From positions 41,044,001 through 41,108,000 of the forward strand of contig NC_135759.1 in assembly GCF_052425735.1 (NCBI RefSeq): a stretch of DNA of 64,000 bases, written 5' to 3'. How positions within the stretch are numbered: the stretch's first letter is position 1; the number at the start of each line of letters is the position of its first letter. The stretch comes from Oculina patagonica. Its lineage: Eukaryota. Under the pieces are notes generated by a model, which was not told where the DNA came from, did no database searches, and was given only the letters and a program-made list of their open reading frames with translations. Shown piece by piece: positions 53,201-64,000 of this stretch. The translations under genes and the position numbers were made by a program.

Positions 53201-56200
53201 CCAAGGTTCTACACTCTTAGAATGATCAATCTCTGCGGTGTTGGCTCTGGCATATTAAAATAATGTCAAAGTTTGAATGTCTGGTGCTCATTATTATGTA
53301 TTAGCTGTAAGCCCACATTGGCTTTTGGTATTATTTTGACCGAAAAAAAGTACAGTCGAACCTCGATTATCCGGACCTCGATTATCCGGATTTCTTGATT
53401 ATCCGGACTTCCTTCTCTGGTCCCAATTTTTTCATGAATATTTATAAGTCACATTCAACACCAGATGTACTCGTTCTACAGCGATTAAGGTGGCTCCATA
53501 GGGTTTCTTGACCGCGCGAAGAATGGGTACGAAAGGGCGAGCTTGAAATGCCGGCAAATCAAAACAAACATGGCGGCTTCACGCGAGCGTGAAATTTTCG
53601 GCGAGAAAACGCTAGACTTGCTTCCTGCCAATGAAACAACACCAGTGCTTTCCTGTGTTGAGCAGATAAAAGAGTTTACAACACCCTAAATAGGTGTTTA
53701 CAACGTCCGCGGTGCTTCTGGCCGCTTTTGTGAAGTTCGTACGATCGAAAGCAAAAGAGAAAATAAAGAATAGTCTTCGCGATTGTGAGATACTTCGAGC
53801 AGAATTTCAGAGATTCTGCTACATATAGGATTAAGGTATGTCTGTAACTAACCTTGGGGTTAACAGATATTCGCACAAAAACCGACAACAACAGGGAACG
53901 CTCGTCCTTACACATCAACTCGTATGGTTCGAAAGTTCGCGCATGCTCAAATAGCGATCTTGGACAATTTCTATTCTGATGACGTAATTTTCCCCTTGTA
54001 TTTACTAGAGTTTCCTTCGGTGAAATTCCTTAAAATTTGGCATAGATGTTATACCATTTTAACTGCCCTTTTTGCCGTTTTTTTAAAAAAATCTGTAAGC
54101 CAGTTTTTTTGCTTAGTCAAAAAAACACAAAATAACCAAAAACGCAAAAACGACCTGGACAACCCCTACTTTTTTTGTTTTTAAAAGTTATTTCTCATCA
54201 GATTCAATCCGTTGGGAGAATTTCAAAAATTTTCACCGAAGAAAATTAAAGAAATTTAAGATCAAAGCCATAAAAACACCAAAAAATAGCACTTTTTGAG
54301 TAGATGTAGCTCAAAAACAAAGGCCGTTATTTTAAAAAAGAATAATGCACAACATATTTTAGTCCTTGTTTTTAATATTTCGGCAGCTTTTATTTAACTA
54401 GTTGCGTTCGACGAAGGAGAACGCTGTCCTAATCCGTTTGTAGTCGAGTTTTTTGGGCTATCTTTGTATGGTCATCAATTTGGCCGCCCCAGAAAATTTT
54501 TCAGGGGCGAATGACGTCATCTCCGTGCCATGTGCTTCGTGGTGTTTCAATATGGCGTCCATTTTAGAATCACCCAAACGTGTTTTGTTTGAAGAAGTGG
54601 CCGAAATGTTTATCCGAAGTTAAAATAATACCGAAAAAAACATGGAAAGCATAACAGGGTTTTATCCAGGGAAGCAGAGTTTTAGTCCGCCACCGAACGT
54701 CGTTAAAATAGTGACCGTTTGTGAAAAATTATGCGAGCTTCTTCGCGGCGACAAGCACTGGTATTTTTGTTTCTCGCCAACACAACAACAGCGATGAAAG
54801 GATAACAGGCTCAAAGCTGGTAATTCATGTACTTTCGACTGTGCTTTCACAGGTGCTTTCTTCGTTCTTTTGCCTTCGCTTGTTAATATTTTGATTATTT
54901 TTCGCAGTTTTCTCCAAGGTAAGCTGTAATTGAAGTTGTATCTATATTCGGAGCATCAGTACTGAGTAGCAAATATGACTAAAGCTAACTTCTCAAAGGC
55001 TGTGTAGTGGTTTGTTTTCTACAAAACAGAGGCTGCAATTCGCCCTCGGTGAAGACACCGAATTGTGACGTGTCAACTCAGCTGCTTTACTAAACCGATT
55101 GAACTTCTCTCTGCGTACAGACTTGTGAGACTCGATATTATAATACACCAATATACTCCCTTCGGCCACCCTAAGCAAAGCTTAATGCAGACTATTTCAA
55201 GTTGTTGAGCCATTTTAAATTACTGTTGAGTTACATCTATTGTATTTTATTATTGTAAGGAAATAAAAAGCTGTTACTAATCGACTGGTATCAAAATGTT
55301 TGAAATGGCTACATTTCAGTTTAGTAGTCTTTTGTTACTGTTAGTATATATTACTGACAAATAACTATACAGTGTATCAACATTTTCCAGAGTATCTTCT
55401 TGATATACATTGTACTCTATTTTGGATTCATTTAAGACCTTTAGCCACTTCGCTTGGCACAATCAAAAGGGTTTTAATATTCTTCTTTTATGGTTTTATA
55501 GAAAGATGGGTTGGTACAAGCAGATCAGGTTTCATCAGCTTGGCAATGTCATACATTTTTATACATGAACTTTTCATTGTAGTTTGCACATGACAAACAG
55601 ACCTCAGATATCAGGAAAATATTGAAATATAATATCATACTTCCCACCCCATGCCTCCAGTTTCCCCTGCCCTTCACCCTTATCACCCCACCCTACCGAA
55701 CGCATTCCACTAATTTTAAATTATGCTAGTTTAAAAAATAACGCAAAAATGATCTCTTGATGGGTATTACTTGTGCGCGCGCCGTAATATCTCAAAACCC
55801 TATGGAGCCACCTTAAAACGTTATTTCAAGGTTGTTTACCTGTCAAAAAACCCTTGGAAAACCTATGATGTGTAGTTTCCAATCAAACAACATTTAATAC
55901 TTCAGTAGGCAACTTCATTGTTCAGTTTCCACTAGCCATAAAAACATTCACTCAAATAAATTTGCTTTCTGTCTTTGCTTACTTGTATTATACTGAAGTT
56001 TACAAGGCAAAATGGCTAAATTCAGAATGTTTAAATTCTTCTAGGAGGACTAAAACATCGTAGAGTGTTCGATCGTTTGACGCCGCAAGTTTGCACCACG
56101 TCTAGTCACCAGGCCCAACATGAAAAAACGCATGGAACGCCTGGAGATCAAAATTGTTTGCGAACGAAGTCAAGTGGCCTGTTTTTGTCGCATTTTTCGG

Positions 56201-59200
56201 AGAAAAACTGCCGCAAAATGATCAATGTCTTTGGAATTTTTGTTTGCGAGGATGGTTAATGTCGCAGTTCCTATGCAAATTCGCTTTGGACATTTATAAA
56301 GTAAATAAACACAATAACCACACAGTATATGGCATTAAGGGGGGATCACCGCTCCGCAATCGGCGTGACAAGCGAACTTCCATTGCGTTACCAAACTTAT
56401 CTCCCCAGCGGTAAAACCTGCGCTGGATCGGACAAGTTGGCAGGGCCATAAGCTTACGCGTCCTATAAGCCTAACTTTAAACGGCACTACGAGCTGACCT
56501 TCAGTCAGCAATGTGCTACAGTATAGACAATTGTGACTTCACGAGCCTTACTTATCTCCCCAGCAATACGAGCAGACTCCGCGGGCACCTGCTGGATCGG
56601 ACAAGAAAAGGCATAAAGAGCGTAAAATAAGTTTACTAAACGAAGCTTGGGGAAGTCGCTGCGAGACTTAACCGAAAGCGTGATACACAGTGGTGAACCC
56701 CAAGTTATTATTAATAACAATAAACAAACCTCCAAAGGGAGGGAGGGTGGGAATTACAATTTTTTAGACGAACTAAAGTTACAGTAGCGATATTGCTAGC
56801 GAATGATGCTAAAGTTCAAACCTTACACTATTTATAGCCAGACAGCTGTCTGAGTTTAGCCCAATGGCGAAATGTGTACTATATATTATAACCATTGTCT
56901 TGTTGAGACAAGAAAAGGTCTAAAGTTCTGTTGCGTTACATTACACTAGAACATAAATAGAAAACCCACTAGGGGCCTCGGGAGCGTCACGCTCCATTAA
57001 CTGCGCTTTAAACGATTCTCTTTAAAGGTTTATTAACAGCTGATTTATCACTATTATGAAGCAACTTTTTTGTTCTATGCGCAAAAATGCGTCAAAAATG
57101 CAGAGGATGCAGAAGTTAGCAAACTATGCGGATCCGCACCACCGTATCCTGTCAGATGGATGCCCTGGTTTTATTTTTGGCTCATTAATATTCATTCCTT
57201 CGATTATCCGGACTCTCAATTATCCGGACTATTATATTTTAGCCTAGTCCCAACAAGTCCGGATAATCGAGGTTCGACTGTAGTTCATTCAAATCTAAGA
57301 AAAAATTAACAAAGGCCCCTTCAATGAGCAACAAACAAAACTGGACTTGCATCTTGTCTGCTTATAACACAAAATTCAAAATATAGTTCTGCTTTTCTGA
57401 TAAATACTGTTTGCTGTTTATTCCTGACAGGTAAGTCCTGATGCCTTCATCCAGTTGGCTTTACAAGTTGCCTACTACAGAGATTCTGGTGGAAGACACC
57501 CACTCACATACGAGTCCTCCATGACACGCCTCTATCTCCATGGAAGGACAGAAACTGTCCGCAGCTTGACAATAGAGGCTAAAGAGTTTGTAACAGCATT
57601 TGTAGATGAAACAGTTGCTCCAGAAGAGAAATATAGACTGCTTCACAAAGCGGCAGAGCTTCATGCTAAGATGTACAAGGACTGTATGAATGGCAAGGGC
57701 ATTGACAGACATCTGTTTGCCCTCTTTGTTGTGTGCAGGGGACAAGGATATGTAAGTTTTTTTTCTGTTTTTTTATTTTTATTTTTTATAGTAAGTTCTT
57801 TTTATTTAGTTGTTTAGTCTATGCAGTCAAATCTAAATTCTTTTGCAAAAATTCAAGGTTTGTTTGATTCATACTTGTCAGTTCTGTTTTTAGTTATTGT
57901 CTCATAGAATAGATCTTGAAAATGAACAGAAAAATATGAAAAACATCGTTGACAAGTTTCTTAGGCCTTTTTGCATCAACAGTATATTCTGTTAGTATGT
58001 AAAAAAATTTAGCACAAGATATTTCACGGACGTATATATCATCTGTCACCATTTTGCTAGGAAAGATTATTTGCTGGCCGCTTGAGGTAAAAACCCATAT
58101 AAATAATACACTTGCGACAGCAAAAAGGTGGCCGCGGCCGCTTTATAGAAGTGGCCGTTGAGTAGAGGTATCAAATACAGAAGTTCAGTGACAAATAAAT
58201 CGGGACTTTGGAAGGTGGCCGTTTAATGGAGGGTGGCCGCTTAAAGGGACCGTGTCACGGATTTTAGCCAAACTTAGGCATAGGAAATGACCATCAAATT
58301 TGTTTAAATGTATAAAATAACCTCTTAAAACAGTGAAGGAATATTTAAATAACACACCAAATGCAAAAGAACGTATGGATGGCCAAAAGTGTCGAAGATT
58401 GAAACGGATTGCGATGTGGGCTTTTGAAATATGGTCCGGCGGAACAGTTTTCAAAGTTAATCTTGTCTGCTTGTAACTTTAATTTATGACGCCCGGAGGG
58501 AACATTTAGCTGCAAGGAAGCTATGGTTTTGTCATTTAGTATCAAAGAATTAATTTCTTTGCAAACATTTAGTTTCATAGCGAATATTTGGCAAAATTTA
58601 ATAACATAAGATTAACTTAGCCGTGACACAGTCCCTTTAATAGAGGTCGGACTGTAATATTCAATTGTTCACAGCTATAACTGTTGTTTTCCTTTTTCCA
58701 GGAAAGTGAATTTCTGAAGAATGCCTTGACCCTTCCATGGACACTATCAACAAGCCAGCAACCTCAACAACAAATGGCTGGTCAACACTTTAGTGTTTCA
58801 GAACCAGAACTTATGCATTTGGTAGGTTTTTTTTGTCAAACAGTTCATGTATATAGTGCTTGACTGAAGTTACATATAAAAGTCAGACAAACCTGTAAGA
58901 CAAGGCTTAAAACAATTTAAAAGAGGTCCAAAAGGACAACAATTTAATTTCTATTTATAGAAAGTCCTTAGGTTAATTGTATGGATGCAATATTGAAAAG
59001 ATGGCATCATTTTTAGACCTGAAAATAATGTAAATTTTACTTCTTGTGGGATGTCTTAAAACCACATTATTGTGTGAACAAATAAATTTATTCATGGTCA
59101 TTAAATAATTTCCATAATGTTCAAAATGACCAGGTGGTTTTAGCTGAAAGCCTGCCAGAAATTGCTGATTTTGTGGGACATATTAAGACTTCATTGTTTT

Positions 59201-60119
59201 AATCTGCCCATATGGTCATAACTAGTAATGAGAAAGCTGTGAACTTTTAGACAGAAAAAAAATGTACAAACCCTAAGGGAGAATTAATTAACAATTATTC
59301 ACCGTTAGTGGAGGTAAATATCCACCACATTTACCGACACTGAGGTGAATAACTGTTTTAGTACAGGGCTTTAGACTAGCTTTTTTGCTAACTAGCCAAG
59401 TGGCTAGTGACAGCTGTGATTTCACTACTTTTTTCCCTGATTTTCTACTAGCCATGTAGTATATACCACACAAGTTGAATAACTAGCGGACTAAAACTTC
59501 ACTTTCGGTAAACAAAGCGATGCGCGAAGGCAGTTTGTTTCCTTTATAGCTGCTCGGAGGTGAATAGTACTTTGCTTATCACCTCCGAGTAAACCAATCA
59601 GCATGTGCGAAAAGCACTATTCACTTGTGTGGTATATACTAAAGGATAATGTCTGGGGCCACCTTTGAATCATCATCCAGTCCAGAGAGAGACTAGAGAG
59701 GAGCAATATCGATACTCCTAGTAAGTTGCCTTATGGTATAGGAACTGGGATAAACCCTGAAAGTGTAGGCATTTGATCCAAGTGCATCTTTAGTTAAGGC
59801 TTTATTCATGTACTTAGTCTCAGAAGAGCACTTGTGAGAAAGCAAGGTGAATCTATGCATCTGAGATGAAGTGGATTTGATCTGTCAACAGATTTCTCCT
59901 GGTGGAGGATTTGGTCCAGTAGCTGATGATGGCTATGGTGTTTCCTACATGGTTCCTGATGATCACAAGATTTTCTTTCACATTTCTTCCAAGATCTCTT
60001 CAAAGCAGTCTGACTCTGATAGGTTTGTCAAGTTGTTGCATGAAAGCATGGCAGAGATAAAAGGACTTTTTGAAACAATCAAAGCAAACAAGGGCCAAGG
60101 GTCAAGCTCACATTCTTAA
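41218..60119 (+). CDS. CPT1: Carnitine O-palmitoyltransferase 1 (14 exons, about 796 aa)
   Basis: Exons 41218-41351, 42998-43287, 44568-44779, 45526-45713, 45857-45988, 46613-46667, 48683-48812, 49101-49240, 50396-50595, 51721-51889, 52777-52848, 57431-57751, 58702-58821, 59892-60119 total 2391 nt in frame. Motifs MAEA, two TM segments, [26 protein letters not shown], catalytic [56 protein letters not shown]. Confidence 0.96.
43368..43616. mobile_element. MITE (gcccaggccaa...ttggcccgggc)
   Basis: TIR and internal gagagt/actctc repeats. Confidence 0.65.
44902..45120. pseudogene. Divergent pair of decayed tRNA-like sequences (44902-44955 minus, 45048-45120 plus)
   Basis: tagctcagatggtagagc D-arm/A-box and ggttc T-arm-like motifs; acceptor stem does not pair. 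Confidence 0.5.
46776..46899. mobile_element. Hairpin MITE (about 57-bp arms)
   Basis: gggtcaattcaataaaacattt...tagctattgtt / aacaatagcta...aatgttttattgaattgaccc. Confidence 0.85.
47262..47817. repeat. 51-bp minisatellite, about 11 copies, derived from an antisense SINE segment
   Basis: Unit agtattgctacttcccattgatgggatgctgatccattgcatgttaccccc; its reverse complement matches the SINE 3' body. Confidence 0.95.
47841..48127 (+). mobile_element. tRNA-derived SINE
   Basis: Matches the 23992 and 38929 copies; flanked by (TA)n. Confidence 0.8.
48326..48551. mobile_element. hAT MITE with 8-bp TSD
   Basis: TIR caggcttttagcc; TSD gtctaggg at 48318-48325 and 48552-48559. Confidence 0.85.
49411..50279 (-). 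mobile_element. Internally deleted hAT (hAT5-like, 5-bp TSD) with a transposase N-terminal relic
   Basis: TIR cagggctcgaaaaa; TSD tattg. Minus strand 49755-49565 reads [18 protein letters not shown] / [23 protein letters not shown], resembling a TTF-type zinc finger, with a stop and a frameshift. Confidence 0.75.
53353..57280. mobile_element. Tc1/pogo-like non-autonomous element expanded by nested insertions (CPT1 intron 11)
   Basis: TA-cagtcgaacctcgattatccggac ... gtccggataatcgaggttcgactg-TA, perfect 24-bp TIR. Confidence 0.85.
53489..55812. mobile_element. 2.3-kb TTAA-flanked Kolobok-like non-autonomous element, nested
   Basis: TTAA-ggtggctccatagggttt ... aaaccctatggagccacc-TTAA. Confidence 0.85.
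58245..58636. mobile_element. TTAA-flanked Kolobok-like MITE nested in a Tc1-like MITE end
   Basis: TTAA-agggaccgtgtcacgg ... ccgtgacacagtccct-TTAA. Confidence 0.8.
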
Positions 60120-60897
60120 TACAAGATGAACAGTATTTTTAGCGTAACATGAAGAAGTAGCTTAATTCTTGTACAGTATTTGAACACTTGTTTTAAGTTA
60201 TATTATCAAGTTAATTTCGTTATGTATGAAGTCACACTTCCTTTTCAAAAATGTACAGGTGTAGATCTAGAAAAAATATGAAAAAGTGGTATCATTATTA
60301 GTGAAGGCCTATCAACCCCCCTCCTTTCTCTTAAAAAAGTTGCATGCACATCATGGGCCTAAAAGTGGTTTCCAAATAAAACCTGGGTTGTTTACCATTA
60401 AAACTTCTGTAAATTTCGCCAGGTTGGGATGTAAGTGGTAAAACTATTTTTGGTTTACCCAAAGAAATTAATATATAGGTCAAAACCAGCAAAATGCCTG
60501 GAGCTGATGCTTCAAAATTAACGGAACATCTTGAAAGGTACAGTGACTCAAAAATTCCAAACAGGAAATGTGCTAACCATTTTGCATCAGTTCCAGGCCT
60601 TTTGCTTGTTTTGACCTGTATAATTATGCAGTTACTCAGCTTAATTAAATTACACAACAAAAAGAGCTGGAAACAACAATTCTTAAATATTTTGACTTGT
60701 GCACTTGTGTTAATTGCGAAAAGGTATTTAAAGCTCTGGGGTGAGCTGTTCTGCTACATTTGTGTGTTGGTAGTAGGGTTGGTTTCCAGTGCTCCACATG
60801 TGGTCACCGTTCATTTTATCAATGAAGAAGTTGATCAACAGTTTGAATTTAGGCTAGTTTTCTTCAACAATTGAAACAAAATTTACCAGATGTGAAA

Positions 60898-61182
60898 TAG
60901 AGTGGTTTTCACTTGAGTGTCGAAAGTAAATTGCGTTTGCTTTGGTTTTGCATTACTACGCTTTGTGGTTGGCTTAAAAATCTCGCGCCACTTTCTCAGC
61001 CAATCAGAACTAAAACCAAAACCAATCGTGACTCGCTCGCGCACGTTTTCCCGCGCTTCGTGCCAGCTACATGTATTTACTTCGAGTTTTGATTGGTTCA
61101 CTGGATTGTCTGTGTCCTTTGTGATTGGCCAGAGTAAATACTTTGGTTTTGGTTTTACGATACTCAATTGAAAACTGCTCTA
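60898..61182. mobile_element. MITE (tagagtggttttca...tgaaaactgctcta); partial relatives at 13300-13510 and 27210-27310
   Basis: TIR and internal agccaatcag...ttcgagttttgattggtt shared within the window. Confidence 0.75.
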
Positions 61183-61741
61183 TCATGATGTCACATGCCA
61201 TTTTGTGCACATCAAAGTAAAATTTTTCAATTTGGATTTATTAGCAAGTTGAACTTTTTTTGTAATTTGGTAGTGTTTTACCAGTCAAAAGGGCCACTTG
61301 CACTTAGAGGTCATGTAATCTAAAATCCCTACATAATGTGGTGTTAGGGTTCCCTATCAGAGGGTTTTATAACTTGGGTCGGTTTGGATGGCAAAGCTGT
61401 CCCAACATTTTACAACAAAAGTGTTTCTATGCAAAATTTCAACAAACAGAAAGTCTCGCCATTACAGATTTTTTTTATTTCACATTTCTGGATAAGATTG
61501 TGCCATGTTGACACTTTACAGAGTGCAGGTCACATTACCTCCAAGTGCAAGTATCCCATTGAAAGAGATTAAATATGGCTCTCTTTGGATTTAATGTTAC
61601 TGGTACTCTACAATGGAATTATTTAATATTTATTTTCCAAAGACATTAGTTACTGAGCATATTTATTCTGTTCAGAACTGGTTTTTGATTAGATTCAAAT
61701 TCATGTTGATGTAGCTGTTTGTTATGGACAAGAATTAGTTA

Positions 61742-62253
61742 CCGTATGTACTCGAATAAGCGCCGCCCTCGAATAAGCGCTGCAATTGGGACAAAAGAGT
61801 TAAAAAGCGCCGCCCCCGAATAAGCGCCGCAGTCTCGATGTGGCGCTCATTCGAGGAATTCCGTTTAACTTAAAACAGCACTGCAAAACAACAGTACTCT
61901 ACAACAAACTTGGACACTTCTTTCCATCAAAAGCGATGTTTTGCAGTTCAAGGTGATTGTTTTACTGCTCGCCCATTAATTTTCTATCCAACATTCTTAC
62001 AATACGTAGTTCTCTAAATGTTGTGAAGGCCACGAACTTTGCCAGAACAGTTAGCTCCACTTCTTTCTCTAGCAAAAGACGAATACTGACAATCAAAAGA
62101 TGTTATTTTCAACTACTGTAAAAGATAAGATTCTTGGTTGCGTCCACATTTTAAATAAGCACCGCCCTCAAATAAGCGCCACCCTTGAATAAGCGCGGCG
62201 CTTGAGGTGCGAAAATTTAATAAGCGCCGGGGCGCTCATTCGAGTAAATACAG
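61742..62253. mobile_element. Tc1/pogo-like MITE with aataagcgccgc repeats
   Basis: TA-ccgtatgtactcgaat ... attcgagtaaatacag. Confidence 0.65.
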
Positions 62254-63038
62254 AGTACCATTATATTAGGGTGGTAAGGATGTTCCAATCATGAATCATG
62301 AGCCTTTTTTCTTTTCAATCTCGAGTCACATACATGTTTTAGACCATTTCACAAATCATGCATTTAGTATGCTTTTTGAAGAAAATGAGCTTCAACTGAT
62401 TAGTTAATTTGCGCAGTTGCAAGATCTGATTTCTCCAACTAGTTCAAAGTGTGATACAAGTCCTTAAATGCATGAATCGAGCTAAAAGAACATGTCCTCC
62501 ACACAAAATTAGTCTTTGGCTTCATAATTATATTTTGTGTCGATTGTCAGTTTTGCTTCACTACCATAAATTGATTTATATTTATGTGATGTATATTAAT
62601 TTTGGTTTTCAGCTATAATCACGAATCACAGTCCTTTTTGTGCAAATCACATGTCATGCATTACGCCCCCTTTACCACCCTGTTATATACCAGTGTATGT
62701 TCTTTAGTTGCCCAGGTTCTAGTGGTAAACTTCTATCTTATTCCATGTTGAAATACAACTTTTTAGTGTACAGCACAATAAAGCTTTGAGAAAATACATT
62801 TGTGTCTGCTCTGCTGTTTTGAGAAGCACATGAAGTTCCAGTTTAAAGGGGTCTGGCATTGGCAATTTGTACCTGAAGTTGCTAACCAAACAAGTAAAAC
62901 AAAGTGCAACAGCTCACAAACAATATGTGCCTTTTTCAAGACCATGAGTGACCATTGTTTCTTTTACTCAATAATTCATCAAGTGAAACGAAAAAAAAAA
63001 AATAACCGTGACAGTGTTTCGAAAAATTTTCTTAATTA

Positions 63039-63552
63039 CAGGGCTCGAAATAATTTCAAAAGAGTCTCTGGACCGGCCAGATTCATTTTAGCTCGGTCAC
63101 GTGTCGTTTCTGGTTTATAAGATAAATAACTCTTAAAACAGGGGCCCCTAAACCAAAACTGGCGTCGTATATTTGTAAAAAAGTCATTGCATAGAGCTTA
63201 GAGCACTTTAAAGCACTCATTGTCAACAATAAAAATAAATTACAGCTGCGAAATGAAAGTAAGCTTAAGTGTATACACAATAGATACACTGTTCGTAAGA
63301 TACCCCCTAACATTTTAAATATCATTATCGTACGCATTTCACCAACTGAAGGATTTTAGATCAAAGTTAGGCAATACATAGTGACTCGCTACATACTGAT
63401 AGTTACTGAACAGCATGGACATTTTAATTTATTTTGTTTTCAAAACGATCAAATGTGACCGGTCAACATGACCGGCAAGACGAAAGGTTGACCGCTCAAC
63501 TCAACAATCAGTCCAGACATTGCCCGTTGAACGGCCGTTATTTCGAGCCCTG
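63039..63552. mobile_element. hAT5-like MITE with 5-bp TSD
   Basis: TIR cagggctcgaaataa / ttatttcgagccctg; TSD aatta on both sides. Confidence 0.85.
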
Positions 63553-63836
63553 AATTAGCCTAGTTGTCATTAGTACCATCTCTTTTTATAGTGAAACTTT
63601 TTGTTAAAGCCTATGGGGGAAGTACGTGGAGGGAAAAAATGCCTCAAGTAAAAAGTCCATAACCTTCTAGAAAGGAATCAGGTGGTGCGCTGTTATAAGT
63701 TACATTTGATACATGCTATTTAAACAATGGAGTGTTTCTGTTGTGGAACTATCAGCTGACAGTTGCCCGCGGAAATTTGATGTTCTTAAAACAAATATCA
63801 GCCCGAGAAGCAAAACTTCGAGGGCTAATAATGCTA

Positions 63837-64000
63837 CAGTCAACTCTCGCCTTGCGGACACCCCGCTATTGCGGACACTCGCTATAAATTTACGGACAAA
63901 ATCCAGATCCCCGGGGAATAAGGTTTGATTGGAAATGACTCCCGCTATAAGGACTCTCGCAATAACGGACACTAAACGACGCCCCGAGCGTGTCCGCTAT
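63837..64000. mobile_element. Tc1-like MITE start, truncated by the window end
   Basis: TA-cagtcaactctcgc followed by repeated gcggacac units. Confidence 0.5.

Noticed and set aside
53489-55812. piggyBac assignment because of TTAA flanks
   Set aside because: Termini are GG...CC, not the CC...GG typical of piggyBac, which fits Kolobok better. No transposase ORF is present to confirm.
60331-61171. ORFs downstream of CPT1
   Set aside because: 3'UTR and MITE sequence with no domain-like features.

Overview
Eukaryotic, intron-rich, AT-rich animal DNA. The repeat families and the GPCR type point to a cnidarian, most likely a stony coral (inference). Six protein-coding loci were reconstructed by hand from GT-AG boundaries and reading-frame continuity: (1) an ANKRD34-like ankyrin protein on the minus strand, with a +1 frame break near 598-633 and running off the window start; (2) a small 3-exon protein with a signal peptide and one Ig domain (minus, 13.0-15.1 kb); (3) PEX11G (plus, 3 exons); (4) an intronless class A GPCR (minus) whose DRY arginine is glycine; (5) DHFR (minus, 6 exons, 186 aa); (6) CPT1 (plus, 14 exons, about 796 aa), head-to-head with DHFR across 313 bp. 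The rest is a mosaic of non-autonomous DNA transposons (hAT including 5-bp-TSD hAT5-like, TTAA Kolobok-like, Harbinger-like, Tc1/pogo-like), tRNA-derived SINEs and two tandem arrays. Best leads: an exact copy of the mammalian DHFR dual E2F site (TTTCGCGCCAAA) with a CHR element and two CCAAT boxes in the DHFR/CPT1 spacer; a CPT1 exon that begins with GTAAGT and so regenerates a perfect 5' splice site after splicing; a GPCR enclosed by about 470-bp inverted copies of its own upstream DNA; and tandem arrays that arose from a SINE and from a MITE end. No prokaryotic-type system (CRISPR etc.) is present. All identifications come from motif recognition without database searches.
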